From Octopus sinensis (Eukaryota), in contig NC_043004.1 of assembly GCF_006345805.1 (NCBI RefSeq), forward strand, positions 16,058,001 through 16,122,000: a DNA stretch of 64,000 nucleotides, in the 5' to 3' direction. Below are positions 27,100 to 41,904 of this stretch, one piece after another. The position numbers and the translations under genes were made by a program. Position 1 is the stretch's first letter; the number at the start of each line of letters is the position of its first letter. A model generated the notes under the pieces. That model searched no databases and was not told the origin of the DNA. It worked only from the letters and a program-made list of their open reading frames with translations.

Positions 27100-27377
27100 A
27101 CACTTGTAGTAGTGGTGGTGGTGGTAGTAGTAGCACCAGCAGCACCAGCACCAGCACCGGTAGTAGTAGTAGTAGTAGTGTAGTAGTAGTAGTAGTAGTA
27201 TAGTAGTAGTAGTAGTAGCAGCAGCACAAGCAGCACCAGCAGCGGCAGTGGCAGTAGTAGTAGTAGTAGTAAGTAGTAGTAGTAGCAGCAGCACAAGCAG
27301 CACCAGCACCAGCAGTGGTAGTAGTAGTAGTAGTAGTAGTAGTAGCAGCAGCACAAGCAGCACCATCAGCAGCAGTG

Positions 27378-27431
<54 letters not shown>

Positions 27432-27445
27432 TAGTAGTAGTAGTT
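27100..27445. repeat. Compound (TAG)n/(CAG)n/(CAC)n microsatellite with a duplicated ~60-bp higher-order unit
   Basis: Directly visible. The block agtagtagcagcagcacaagcagcacca recurs three times. Confidence 0.9.
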
Positions 27446-27590
27446 GAAGAAATCGACCTCTGGACTTATTCTTTATAAGCCTGGTACTTATTCTATCAGG
27501 AACTTTTGCCGAACTGCAAACTAAGGGGACATAAATACACCATCGGTCTCAAACAATGGAGGTGGGGTGGGGGCAACACTACCCCTACTA
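27445..27590 (-). mobile_element. SINE family 1, 3' fragment
   Basis: Reverse complement of the tail (gacttattctttataagcctggtacttattctatc). Confidence 0.7.
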
Positions 27591-28004
27591 CTGGAGGAGG
27601 AGGAGGAGGAAAAGGGGAGGAAGGGGAGCAGCAGAACTCGCTATAATCATAGTAAGAGTTGTAGTGATGGTTTCAGCAGCAGTAGTAGTAGAGCTAGTTA
27701 TTGTAGTAGTAATATTTGTAATTGCAACAGTAACCATAGAGTTAGTTTCTAGTGTTTTAGAAACTGTAGCAGTGGTAACTGTTGCGGCAAATGCAACTGT
27801 AGTAGCTACAGTAGCAGTACTAAAATAATACTATATGTACTAAAAATATATACAAGTACTATAATTAATAAAACTGACAGAGACAAAAATTGTATAAATA
27901 CTAATAATAAAGACTAAGAACGAGGAGAAGAGGAGAGAAAAGGAATAAATGCGGCAACGTTGGAAATTAAAGAAATATTGTAATTATAAAAGATAATTAT
28001 GTGC

Positions 28005-28052
<48 letters not shown>

Positions 28053-28222
28053 TGTGTGTGTGTACTTTTAAGTGTTCACGGGCGAACAAGTTTCTGGGAT
28101 CTGACGATACGCCATAAAGCTAAACACTTTATGGACGGGAAACCTAAGGTAATCCCATAAACCACCTTGCCCCCTTTTTCTATATACTCTTCTACATCTT
28201 AAAGTGTGCTTCTTCTTTCAGA

Positions 28223-28429
28223 CGCAGGAATTGCTGCGTGGTAAGAAGCTTGATTACCAGCCACATGGTTCCGATTTTAGTCCCACTGCATGGCACTTTC
28301 GGCAGATGGCTCCTACTATAACCTCGGGCCGACCAAAGCCTTGTGAGTGGATTTGGTAGACGGAAACTGAAAGAGGCTCGTCGTATATGTCTGTATCTGT
28401 GTTGTCCTCCCACCATCGCTTAACAACTA
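28223..28429 (+). mobile_element. SINE family 1, 5' part (continues at 30264-30353)
   Basis: Family head and body up to cgctt(a)acaac. The remainder resumes after a 1.8-kb insertion. Confidence 0.8.
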
Positions 28430-30263
28430 GGATCTAGTTAAACTGATTTACAATATCTGCATTTTTTAAAAGGAAGTAAAAATCTTAAATTCGACTATAT
28501 TAATGTAGTTTTCCACTCTTATGGCTATAGATGAATGATATTATGGAGGAAAAAGTTACAGGGTTTAAAAACTGTAAAAAAAAAAAATGCACTTTTAGCC
28601 AATAGCGAGACAGAAAGTTTCTAACTTTAGCGGTAATGTTGTATCCTATGAAAATTTAAAGTTTAGCGTCTGTGAAAAGACCTGTTCATTGTAGGTTTCT
28701 AAATAAACAGAAATCTCTCTCTATATAAACGGCAGTTTGTCTGTGCGTGTTTCTGTGTGTCTGTTTGCTTGTACCCTCACCCTGACCACGGCTTTCAACC
28801 GATTCTGATGAAACTTGACACACACATAGCCCAATGTCATAATTCAAAACTAACGCAGCGAAAATTTTGAAAAGTTCCCCCAGTTCTGAAAAGAATCGAT
28901 AAATTCGACATGGGGTCGAGAATCAGAAACACAAACCATAAACTGTCTAGGGGACGCAACTCCACCTTTTTAAATCTCAAAAAAAACATACCATAATTTT
29001 TTTCCATTTTTTTGCTATTTTTGGCTATAACTCTCTAAAAATGCTTTATAGTCATTTCCCTTACAAACCTGAGCAACGCCGGGCGATACTGCTAGTACCT
29101 AATAAAATTAACATATATCATCTAACTATTTCTTTTTTCTCTTCATAGATTTCTATAGTATTTTGTATGATTTTATTATTTTTCTATGGTGTTTTTATGT
29201 TTATTATAATTAATTTTTTAATTTGTTATATTAATATATGTCTGCACGTGTTTAGTTTATGCGTATTTTAGTATTATGTATATCAGTCATGTATTTGTGT
29301 TCACCATTAATAAATAAATGCATATGGATGTACGTATTCATATATACGTTTGTACATACATTTATACATTCATATGTATGTGCATGTATGTGTGTGTGTG
29401 TGTGAAAATCGGGTGTCTGTCTCCAAAACTCCAGAGTTGAGTAACGTTTTCATGCTTGGATCTGTAAATTACGATAACAATAACACTGGTCAACAAAGAA
29501 TTTGTCCCAAGGAAAAGAATAACTGTATCGTATAGGTTTTTGCATGCAGAATTTAAAACTGTCACACTATCTGTATCACCCACAATTTCTCTATTCCACG
29601 ATATCCATCTCAGTTCCTGTTAATTAAGCTGTTGAAATGTGAAGCGACCTGTTTAAGAAATTTAAATGTTTATGAATAGAATTAACCTAGGGAAATAATA
29701 AATCCAACTATCTGAGTCCATGAGTCCAAGAATCTTGCCAATACTGAGTCGATGAGTCACCATACTTTGTCAGTACTGTGCTTGAAGTGTAGATGAGGGG
29801 TTGTGTACAAAGCTCACATATTCCGTTCAATTTCATAATACCAAGAAACTGTATTAACATCGAAAACAACTTTTGCTATGTGTGAAAAATATGTAAAATA
29901 TTAAGACAATTAACGAAAAATATCTATTATACGATTCTAATTGATAAATATAAATCTTTATTAATACAAAACACGCGGATGAAGTAAATGTTGTGGTGTG
30001 AAGAATCATCACGATATGCGGGTGAGGTGAAACACAACTCAACGTGCGGTTGTCATGGTAACAAGCTGTTATCGGTTGATTGGCTAAAATTACCCAAATT
30101 TCTCAACTTTAATTCCAAATGACATAAGATTCTTTAATTTACTAGATACAATAATTGGTTGATTGTAATCAACAAAATTGAGATTTGCATCGACACACCA
30201 AAATTGAAAGCAATTTGAACAAAATGAAAGGGGCTGATTTTGTGAATCAATTTAACTAGATCC
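28430..30263. mobile_element. Non-autonomous TIR DNA transposon (~1834 bp, 31-bp TIRs starting GG, 8-bp TSD) inserted in a SINE
   Basis: Left end ggatctagttaaactgatttacaatatctgc; right end reverse complement ggatctagttaaattgattcacaaaatcagc (4 mismatches). Flanks are aacaacta / gacaaccg, i.e. a decayed duplication of the SINE site GACAACCG. Confidence 0.75.
28713..29096 (-). mobile_element. Helentron/DINE-1-like non-autonomous element nested in the TIR transposon
   Basis: 5' ACTAGCAGTATCGCCCGGCGTTGCTCAGG. 3' gtcaagtttcatcagaatcgg...acagacaaactgccgtttatatagagagagat. This is typical HINE architecture (inference from family knowledge). Confidence 0.6.
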
Positions 30264-30353
30264 GACAACCGAGGGTGTGTATACGTCCTCTTAATATAGA
30301 GATTCCAGGGGCCGATTTCTTCGACCAAAAGGCGTTGCTCCTCCATGATTACA
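30264..30353 (+). mobile_element. SINE family 1, 3' part (continuation of 28223-28429)
   Basis: gacaaccgagggtgtgtatacgtcc...ggggccgatttcttcgaccaaaaggcgttgctcc aligns to the family tail. Confidence 0.75.
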
Positions 30354-30489
<136 letters not shown>

Positions 30490-32188
30490 TATATACATAT
30501 ACAAGTTTGTATGTATAAATGTATATATGTATACACACATGCATGTATGTATATATATATATATTATATATATATATGCATATATATAATAGATAAGTAG
30601 ACGAATAGATGAATAATTAAAATAATGAGATAAAAGGCAAGTAAAGTAAAGAGAGGAGTTTAGGGCTGAGAACTTGTATAAGAGACATGTGTGCCACCCC
30701 ACTTGGACTTGCGGTTAAGTCTGGGTTCATAATCACGGACGCAGGTTAATAAACAACACTATGGATTTTTTTTTATATGAAGTTTTACACTTAGTTTATT
30801 TCTTGATGTCTCTACTAAACATTTCTAGAATCTGTTGCTGTAGACTGTGCATACACAATGCACATTACCTTTTTCACGTCACGCTGGAATTGTTCCGTCG
30901 CTCCTTATCCATTCTGAGTCTATGATTTTGTATGTGACCAGAGAAATCCATGCAATGTTGATTATGTCTTCCTTATGATTGGCATAACAGTAACACAATT
31001 CTTATCACCCACACTGTCTGCACTGGGGTGTTAATTTTGGCACACTTAGCCGGAGCCCTTCCAAATTATAAGCAGATTGTCATTAGGTTGTTATAGTATG
31101 GAGTATGCAAGATTTTGAAATTCCGCTTATCGAGATATCGTCTGTATTTAATGTACTTTATACAAGCAGGGAGGAAGGTGATGTTAGTTTTCTTGATTTC
31201 GTTTCTTTTTGCTCGTTCCCGTTTTTTGCACCAACCTTATTCACGTTTTCCCCACGCAAGTCACGTTTTCTTATTTTCTCACTGTCCCGCCCCCATGTTT
31301 TGGTTTTTTTTTTTTCAAATATATATAACGTGTATATCTATATATGCATATATGTATGCATGTATATATATATATATATATGCATGTTTCTTATGATGAT
31401 TCTTTCCTTTCACAGACATGCGAGTCCTGATAGAACTATGCTCATAGAGTTTATCGGTAAACATAGTAAAACGTGAAGAAACTCACCACAGTACACATCA
31501 GAATTCAACATATTCAGAGAATACGAGACGCTGATGTATATAGAAAAAAGTTTCATCTATACGCAAAAAAAATACTAGAAATATTGAACAACAGGACTTA
31601 GAAATGTATTTTTGTAGTAATTAACTTTTAGAAAGTAAGTTTTATCTAATAGCCTTTCAGTAGTGAGTAAAGTTTCATAAGTGGAATTCTATTGTTAGTT
31701 TATCTTAACAAAAATAATTTAATTTGCACTAGTAATTACCCTTTGATAAAAAGATCTTATTTTAGAATTAATGTATCCTAGGTTTTTTTTCTCCACGATT
31801 TTCTCAATAATAGATATCATGTTTTCTCACAAGAGTCTGTGGGTGCACTCGCTTTCTCGTTTGCAATTTCATAAATCAATTTTCGTGGATATCAGCGAAT
31901 GACATTTTTAAAAGTGTTATTAAAATGAAAGTAGTATCTTCGTTTCTACGCAATATAATTAAAAGAATATTATTTTCGGTATTAGGAAAATTCATAAAAT
32001 TTAATTTAACGAGGGTGTCTGTCAAACAATGATATAAAACAATGATGCAACAATGAACAACAGAAGCAATTGCAAACTCCCGAATCAAATTCACATTCTA
32101 ATAACTACGAAAACCAGAATCGAAAATATATTTTTCTGAAAACAAGGCTCACGAGTTATCTACCTCTTCTTCATTCCATAGCTATTTC

Positions 32189-32248
<60 letters not shown>

Positions 32249-32249
32249 G

Positions 32250-32285
<36 letters not shown>

Positions 32286-32529
32286 CATAGAAAGTCAGTT
32301 GTGAGAGGTGAATATATTTACTTAACCAAATGATATCCGTATTATGACGGCCGTTTCGCAGCCTTCATCATGTAATAATAATTTCAGAGTACAACAAATT
32401 ATTTTGCATGTCTACACAAATATACATGCTACTCATTAAACAGTACTATTGTACGGTTACAAATCAATCCACATAATGAAGGTTTGATTTCAGGTCAACG
32501 GAGGAGCTTTCTCTGATTGTCACAGGATT

Positions 32530-33330
<801 letters not shown>

Positions 33331-34469
33331 CTGACTTAAGATTACTTTAACAAATGCAATAATACTTCCTCGGCATGAGTAGCATAAAATTAATGTAAAT
33401 CAAATGCTAAAACGACGCTCTAAATTCAAATATTGCCAAATAAGCTAATCTATTTCGATATTTTATGCTTTTCTTTAAGTTTATCCAAATGACGGGCATT
33501 GTTACCAATTAGATATATTCTATATTGTTCATCATATGATGGTGGGGTATATACATCTACATACATATACTTACCCCCAAATTTCATGAGCAACAGGAGG
33601 TTACCCTGAACACACAGCCACACACTCATACACACACGGGCGCGCACATACACCAACACACACAAACATACACACAAACAAATACACACATGCACAGAAA
33701 CACATATATGTATATGCATGTATACATATATAGACAGAGATAGATACATATATTTATATTCGTATCTATATATATTTATTTAATTATAATAAAGGGTAAA
33801 CATCTTTAACGATTTTACCAGGTGGTCAGCGCGGATATAAAAACTTCATAGGTAAATTTCACAAATATTTTATAATTATATAATTAATTATAATAAGGGA
33901 TTGACTATGTGCTTCACCACGCACTGAAACATAGACGCCAAAACATGTCTATTATAATTAAGTATATAGTTATAAAATATTTGTATTTATATATATATAT
34001 ATATATATATACATATATACATATATACATATATACATACATACATACATACATGCATGCATATACATACATACATGCATATATACATATATAATACATA
34101 CATACATACATACTCAGACTTACACACGTATACACACAGAGAGGGACACACAGATATACACACACACATACACACTCATATTTACATATGCATATATAAA
34201 TACTCTTATTGGAATTTTATCACACACATGCGATCCAATTAAACGAGAAATCCTCTCTTTCCGCTGAAGTAGTGTAGAATAATATTTATCCAAAGCTGTG
34301 TCCAAACGAATTGTTACTAAACTTAGGGATTTTTACATCTCCAGGCGCCATGAGTTGGCTGAAGTAGGGAGAACGACATGCTCATTGATTCATTTACGTC
34401 CTCTCCAAACATATTAATACATATATGTAGATGTATAAACGTATATATATATATATATATCCAACATGA

Positions 34470-34560
34470 TATACGAAAACAAGTGAGTTAAATACGCAAA
34501 GAACGAGAGAGAAAAATGGAAAACAGGACAAGTAACGCAAAGAAGTCACTTCTAGCATTA
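34470..34560 (-). mobile_element. PLE terminal remnant
   Basis: aaaatggaaaacaggacaagtaacgcaaag is homologous to aaaatagaaaacaggacaagtaaacacag at 57790. Confidence 0.45.
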
Positions 34561-34623
34561 AACATACATGTGTGTGTGTGTATGTGTGCATGTGCGTGTT
34601 TGTGTGTGTATGTGTGTGTATGT

Positions 34624-34666
<43 letters not shown>

Positions 34667-35520
34667 TGGCAGCAGCCATATATTTAGACAGAAGTATGTT
34701 AGTATGCGTGTGTTTTTGTAATTTATTACAGAACCTAATTTTTCAAATCGAAGAAATGGCTTAGAGTAGGCGCTGTATCACTAATCACAGATTAGTTGTT
34801 TTCCACAATAAATGATAGTGTGAAATATAATACGGGATCATATCCAGCTCTAATATTCTCATATTGAAAAAAAATATGCATAAGAACAAACACTCCACAC
34901 GTCCTAACACCCACACGCAAATACTCATACACTCGCACACAGATATTTCGCATCCTTCCCTCTCTTTCTCTTTCTCCTCCACTCTCTCTTTCTGTCTCAC
35001 TCTCTCTCACTCAATACACATGTATATATATATGTATATATATATATGTTTTACTCTTTCGCCCCAACTTTCTCTCACTCTTTCTTCTGTTGGCCTGCTC
35101 GCTTAGCCAGCGAGGTGGCGTCATTTAAAGGCTAAAACAATGCGAAGCGCATTGTGACCAGCAATGTGTAACAACATCTGCTAGCCTGCTCCGTCACGTG
35201 ATCACGTGATGTATACATATGTAGAATTTATCTAAATATACATATTTCTGAGAGTATCTTTTTCTATTGAAACATTGTACTCCAATTCTCGCATATAATT
35301 TTTGATACCGTTTGCGACAGCAATCTTTTCCATAATACGAAGGTTTTTTTTTTCAAATAGAATTGCTAGTGGTATTTAAATCTCCGATGAAGCTAGATTC
35401 TTTTACACAAGCTCTCATCAACGAGTGCCATATATCCCACATATCTCTACACGTATCAAGCTGTATAGACATATAGTCATACATGGCCATATAGATAGAT
35501 AGATTAAATGGATAGATAGA

Positions 35521-36130
<610 letters not shown>

Positions 36131-36414
36131 ATTTAATTGCATGTGTAACGGATCTTCCATTTGCACCATAAATCAAAACTTTTACTGGAGTGTTTCTGTT
36201 TTTAAACGAAGGCCATCATACTTTACAGAATTGTTAGCAATTTGCTATATGCTGCACGTACAGAAAAAATATAGTCTAGACTTCGATGAAGCCTAGACAG
36301 TTCATAACAAATACAATAACGCTCATGCTTCTAACCATTTAGAAAACTGATAGCAAATTTCAATTTGAATCAACCAGAAATTAAAACGGAGACTTAATTT
36401 TCAAATTACGCTCA

Positions 36415-36795
36415 AATTGTAGTCGCTTCCCAACCACATGGTTCCGAGTTCAGTCCATATGCGTGGCACCTTGACCAATAGCCTTCTACTATAGCCTCGG
36501 GCCGACCAAAGCCTTGTGGGTGGATTTGGTAGAGGAAACTGAAAGAAGCCCATCGTATATGTGTGTTTGTGTGTGTATGTGTGTCTATGTTTGCCCCCCC
36601 CCCATCGCTTGACACCCGATGTTCGTGTGTTTACATCCCCGTAACGTTCGGCAAAGGGGAGCGATAAATTAAGTACTAGGCTTACAAAGAATAAGTTCTG
36701 GAATCGATTTGTTCGACTAAAGGCGATGCTCCAGGATGGCTACAGTCAAATGACTGAAACTAGCAAAAAAATAAATAAATAAAAGAGTAAAAGAA
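36415..36795 (+). mobile_element. SINE family 1
   Basis: Matches the family body and tail. Confidence 0.85.
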
Positions 36796-38065
36796 TATGT
36801 CTGTACTCAACTACTATATATAATAGCACACGTAACGGTATTTTGATTCCATAGGATACTCTGACTAAAATTCCTACTAATGGTTGTCCAGCTTTATTAT
36901 ATTGCCAACTATCCATCAGAGACCCTCAGTTCCTTTCACTCCATTGGTATATTTCACTTCGAGTTTTAACTGAAAGGAGATTCTATCGCATTTATATGGT
37001 AGTTGTATGATCTAAAATCGTGTGAGACACAGAACTGGTAGCGAAACTCTTACACCACATGTGACCGAATCTAACAATATGATTGGTTCTAATATATAAA
37101 AAATGACATCAGAAACATTCTGATTTCGCCATTAGATATTATATCCCAATTGAAATGCATTCATATTTGGATGAAACACTACATTTTTCCGATCTGCAAC
37201 AACCTCCTGGAACATTCGATCAAGTCTACCTGAGTCAGATTTTCAAATCCCTATAATTCTCTCAAGTAAATTTATGTTGAGCAAATGCGTCAAAGAAACA
37301 GACACATCTTCCTGAGAGCACCAAACTGCAAAATCAAATGTCTGCCCCAAAATTTATACTGAAGAGAACGAATTTCTTTTATATTATTTTGTTGCATATT
37401 CATTACGTATTTACATATTTCGATGAAATATTTAAAGTATAAATGTACTGTATTCTATAATCATAAAATGCAAATTGTCAGTAAATGCAGTTTCAAAAAG
37501 TTCATACATCACAGAAACCCATGAAAAGCAATTTTAGCGGTTTATCTACTCCATAATACATTATATGCATATATAATTTACATATCGCAAGATGTACATA
37601 AAAATCTGCTATATGTAGCGGAGTTCTTGAAAGTTGTCAGTGTAAAACTGCGTATTATATTTTTTACCTCACTTGTATATTGCGTTCAAATCGATCTGTA
37701 GCTTTGAAGTATTATCAAGGTTCAGAACTGATTCTGAAACTTGTGAATCATGTACATAGTCGATGTGTGTATGGTCGAGTGTATGACTGTAGTCAAATAA
37801 ATGTATCACTAGTTCCTCACTGCTTCATATATATATATAGAAATATAAAAAAATATAAAGAAATTGTAAACTCACTCTCAAAATTCACGTAACTGAGAAA
37901 GCCAATTGTCGGTGTAAACCAGCGCAAATATAAAAGAAAATATTATGATATATGTAAAAAGAAAAACTCTATTAATATTCGATCTAAATTACGCCACTAA
38001 AGAAACAAGCAATATATTTTCTACACTTACGTACAATGTTCATACATACATATGTACATACAAAT

Positions 38066-38232
38066 GCGCGGGTGTAGTTGTGGTGTAAGAAACTTGCTTC
38101 CCAACCACATGATTTCGGGTTCAGTCCCACTTCGTGGCACCTTGGGTAAATGTCTCCCACTATAGCCTCGGGCCAACCAGTCTTGTGAGTGAATTTGGGA
38201 GACGGAAACTGAGAGAAACCCATTATATATAT

Positions 38233-38296
<64 letters not shown>

Positions 38297-38492
38297 TGTG
38301 TGTGTTTGTTCTTCCATCAGCCTGTGTTGGTGACTTTACGTCCCCGTAACTAAGCGATTTGGCAAAAGTGAAGGTCGAATAAGTACAATCTTTAAAAAAG
38401 TACTGGGAGTCGATGTTTTCGACTAAAACCCTCCAAGGCGGCGCAACAGTTTGGTCACACTCAAATGACTGAAACAAGTAAAAGAATAAAAG
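38066..38492 (+). mobile_element. SINE family 1 with a long internal (TA)n
   Basis: Head, B box ggttcagtccc and tail aaatgactgaaacaagtaaaagaata. Confidence 0.85.
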
Positions 38493-38533
38493 AATACATA
38501 CATACATACATACATACATACTACATACATACA

Positions 38534-38567
<34 letters not shown>

Positions 38568-38949
38568 CATACATGTATATATACATATATACATACATGC
38601 ATACATACATATATACATACTGCCTAAATACCAATCTCGAGAAGTTAGACTTCTTAAAACCAGAAAGTAGAAAGCTAATTCGAGGACCACATATCTAATC
38701 CATCACTGGAACTGAAAAAAATTGTAAAACTTTCCAGAAGACTATCATTTCAATATATATGAACATGTGTAGATATGCAACTATATGCATGAATATACAT
38801 ACATAAAACATACAAATCTGCACAGACATACATTCATACATACATTCATACATACATACATACGTACATACATACATTCATACATACTTACATTCATACA
38901 TACATACATACATACATACATACATACATACATACATACATACATACAT

Positions 38950-39660
38950 ACAAAAATACCCTGTTGCTGATGTTGAAATTCCAAAGAAGGAACCTCGGAT
39001 CTAAGTTAGAAACCGGTTCTTTCTCTGTTGCCTAGAAAGTTTTAAATAAGCTGAATAATGACGTACAGCGGATGTTAACATAAAGCTGAGGATCAGTGAA
39101 AAAGAGAATACCTACGCTGAGCTACTGAGAAATCTGCAGTTACTCTGTTCAGATTATAATTTCAGGTTTATACCCATAATTATTGTGGCACCTGGATATG
39201 TAACACGCTGCCTTGAAAAATTAGGTTTCTCAAAACCAAAAAGGCGAAAGCTGATTCATAGACAACAGATCCAAGCCATCACAGGAACTGTAAAATTCCG
39301 TAAAGTTTTTCAGAAGTTTATCATTTAAGTATATATGAGCATGTCTTTATATGAATATGAAAGTATATATATCAGAAGACATACATAAAACAAGGCATAC
39401 AAATCTACACGTATACATACATACATACATACATACATACATACATACATACATACATACATACATACATACATACATACATGTTTCTTTGTGGATGACT
39501 TGAAACTTTATGCAAAGAATATGCATGAGGTGAAAAAGAACATTGACCTAATTATAACATTCTTAAAGGATGTAGGGTTGGAGTTTCGTCAGGATCAATG
39601 TTGATATATGTTTGTGAAATGGGTGAAAATTATAAACCAGAATAGAAACATTTCCACCAT
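38950..39660 (+). mobile_element. Fragments of a second R4/Dong-like LINE family associated with (CATA)n
   Basis: 39075-39330 reads ISEKENTYAELLRNLQLL...FRFIPIII...GYVT...QIQAITGTVK (RLE C-terminus). 39480-39650 reads FFVDDLKLYAK...DVGLEFRQDQC (RT). Confidence 0.7.
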
Positions 39661-40201
39661 TTACATTCTCCTAAAGAGAACTGCCAACATAAATACAAGT
39701 TAATTATAAAGACTAAATGGAACAATCACGGTTAAGAAACTTAACGTAGGGGATATGTTTTATTGATAAGAGCAAAGCAGATTTGAGAGGTGTATGCTTC
39801 GAGTCTATGCGCAACAAAATACGCATTCATGGGGGAAAGAAGAGAAACAGAAGAACATGTGAAAGAGATAGATGTGTTTTCCAAGGCGCCGGCGTAATTC
39901 CTGCCTGCTTTTAAAATGATAGAAATACATAGAGTACAGTGTTTCTATATTCTGAGATCGTAGAGAGAAAATTATCAGAAAACACCCTCAGGAATTTCAT
40001 CTATCGTCGAAAATCAATTTTCGACTTGCAACTTCTCTAAAATCGATATACGCACAAATATAATTACTTATGAAAAGTAAAATATTATAATTTATAAGTT
40101 ACAAATTCAAAGACGTGAACAATGACTTCTACATATCCTGCCAATAACATACGTACAAATACACATACACACACACATATATATATAAATATGTGTGTGT
40201 G

Positions 40202-40275
<74 letters not shown>

Positions 40276-40286
40276 TTTATTATTAT

Positions 40287-40434
40287 AAGGAGCTTCTACA
40301 GGACTAGAACTGTTTCATTCAAGAGAAATCTTCAGGAAGCTAGTTAACAAGAATTGTATTGGCATTTATATTGTTAACTAGCTTCCTGAAGATTTCTCTT
40401 GAATGAAACAGTTCTAGTCCTGTAGAAGCTCCTT
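40287..40434. repeat. Perfect palindrome: 64-bp arms, 20-nt loop
   Basis: 40287-40350 is the exact reverse complement of 40371-40434. Confidence 0.95.
40380..40430 (+). ncRNA. Type I hammerhead ribozyme motif (mirror copy on minus strand at 40291-40341)
   Basis: agcttc CTGAAGA t-ttc-tctt-gaa-t GAAA cag-ttctagtc-ctg UA gaagct. 6-bp stem I, intact core, GUA site. Stem II is weak and lacks G10.1-C11.1. Confidence 0.7.
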
Positions 40435-40511
40435 CTATATAATATTAATTTTACTCTGCTATGTATTGAGTACCTTATTTACTGTGGTTAACCCCGAATC
40501 AACCCGGGACC

Positions 40512-40551
<40 letters not shown>

Positions 40552-40937
40552 TGTACGTTTGTGTACATACATCTATGTGAATACATACACATATATAAAC
40601 GGATGAATTATCACGACGATCACTATTAGTAATTTCCGATGGGACAACTGGTTTCATATTCTCCGATTCTGTCGCAGCTGCATCATTAAAGGAAACACGC
40701 TAATTATAAAGAGCAAGTGTAAGAATCGAAGCATAGAAACTTAATGAAGAAAACATGTAATATAGATGTAACTAAGTAGATGTGAGAGCTCTTTCCTATC
40801 AACATGACTGTATATACATGACACTTATCCATCTCTCCCCACCTCTCTCTCTCTTCTCTCTCTCTCTCTCTCTCTCTGTATACACACGCCGCTGGCATAC
40901 TCATGCACACACACACTAACACAGACACACGGATATA

Positions 40938-41486
40938 TTGGGTTGTTCGGAAAGTTCGTGCCGATTCTTAAAAGAAAGAAAAATATCAATAAATACTTGC
41001 TATTACATTTTTAATCAACCGAATAAGAACTATTTTGTTGCACAATGTGTCTCCATTTTCCTTTAACTAGGAAATACCCTCTTCCTAGAATTGAGGGGGT
41101 TTCATGGAAAATAATTCATCAAGGTATCTTTTTACGTCATCCAAGGAATTGAAATTTTTACCATTAAGACTATTCTGCAGAGACCTGAATAAGTAGAAAT
41201 CCGAAGGAGTAATATCTGGTGAATATGGAGGGTGGAGTAGCACATCTCAACCGAGCCGCAGCAACTTTTGTCTGCTTCCCAAAGCATTAAATGTCTTATA
41301 TTCCATTTTAAAGGGTTACACAATTAACACAGGTTATAAGAACAGAAAACTCTTCCACGAAAGATAGCTTAAACTGTTCTCGAAATGGATGTGTAGTCAA
41401 ATCCTATGATATGGAATCAACCATGTTCTAAAACAATTCGAAAGGTAAGCTACTATAAATCGGCATGAACTTTCCTCACAACGCAA
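40938..41486 (-). mobile_element. Internally deleted mariner element with both TIRs and TA TSD
   Basis: TIRs ttgggttgttcggaaagttcgtgccgatt and (reverse complement) ttgcgttgtgaggaaagttcatgccgatt, with TA at both flanks. Minus strand reads LHPPYSPDITPSDFYLFRSLQNSLNGKNF. Confidence 0.9.
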
Positions 41487-41498
41487 TATATATATATA

Positions 41499-41569
<71 letters not shown>

Positions 41570-41591
41570 ATATATATATATATATATATTA

Positions 41592-41652
<61 letters not shown>

Positions 41653-41904
41653 AGAAATGCGTAAACAAGAAATCACATCTTTAATTGTAGCAGTCACCTT
41701 AGGAAGCCGACAATGGTTTCTGTTGTATGAGCATATTTGTATATGAAAAATATCATTGAAATTAATATTTCCGAAAAAACATATTGCAATAAAGTAATTT
41801 TGGATCGCCTTGAAAACGTGGGTTAACATGCATGCATGCATGCATGCAAGGAAGGAAGGAAGGAAGATGGATGGATGGATAGATGGATGGATGGATGGAT
41901 GGAT

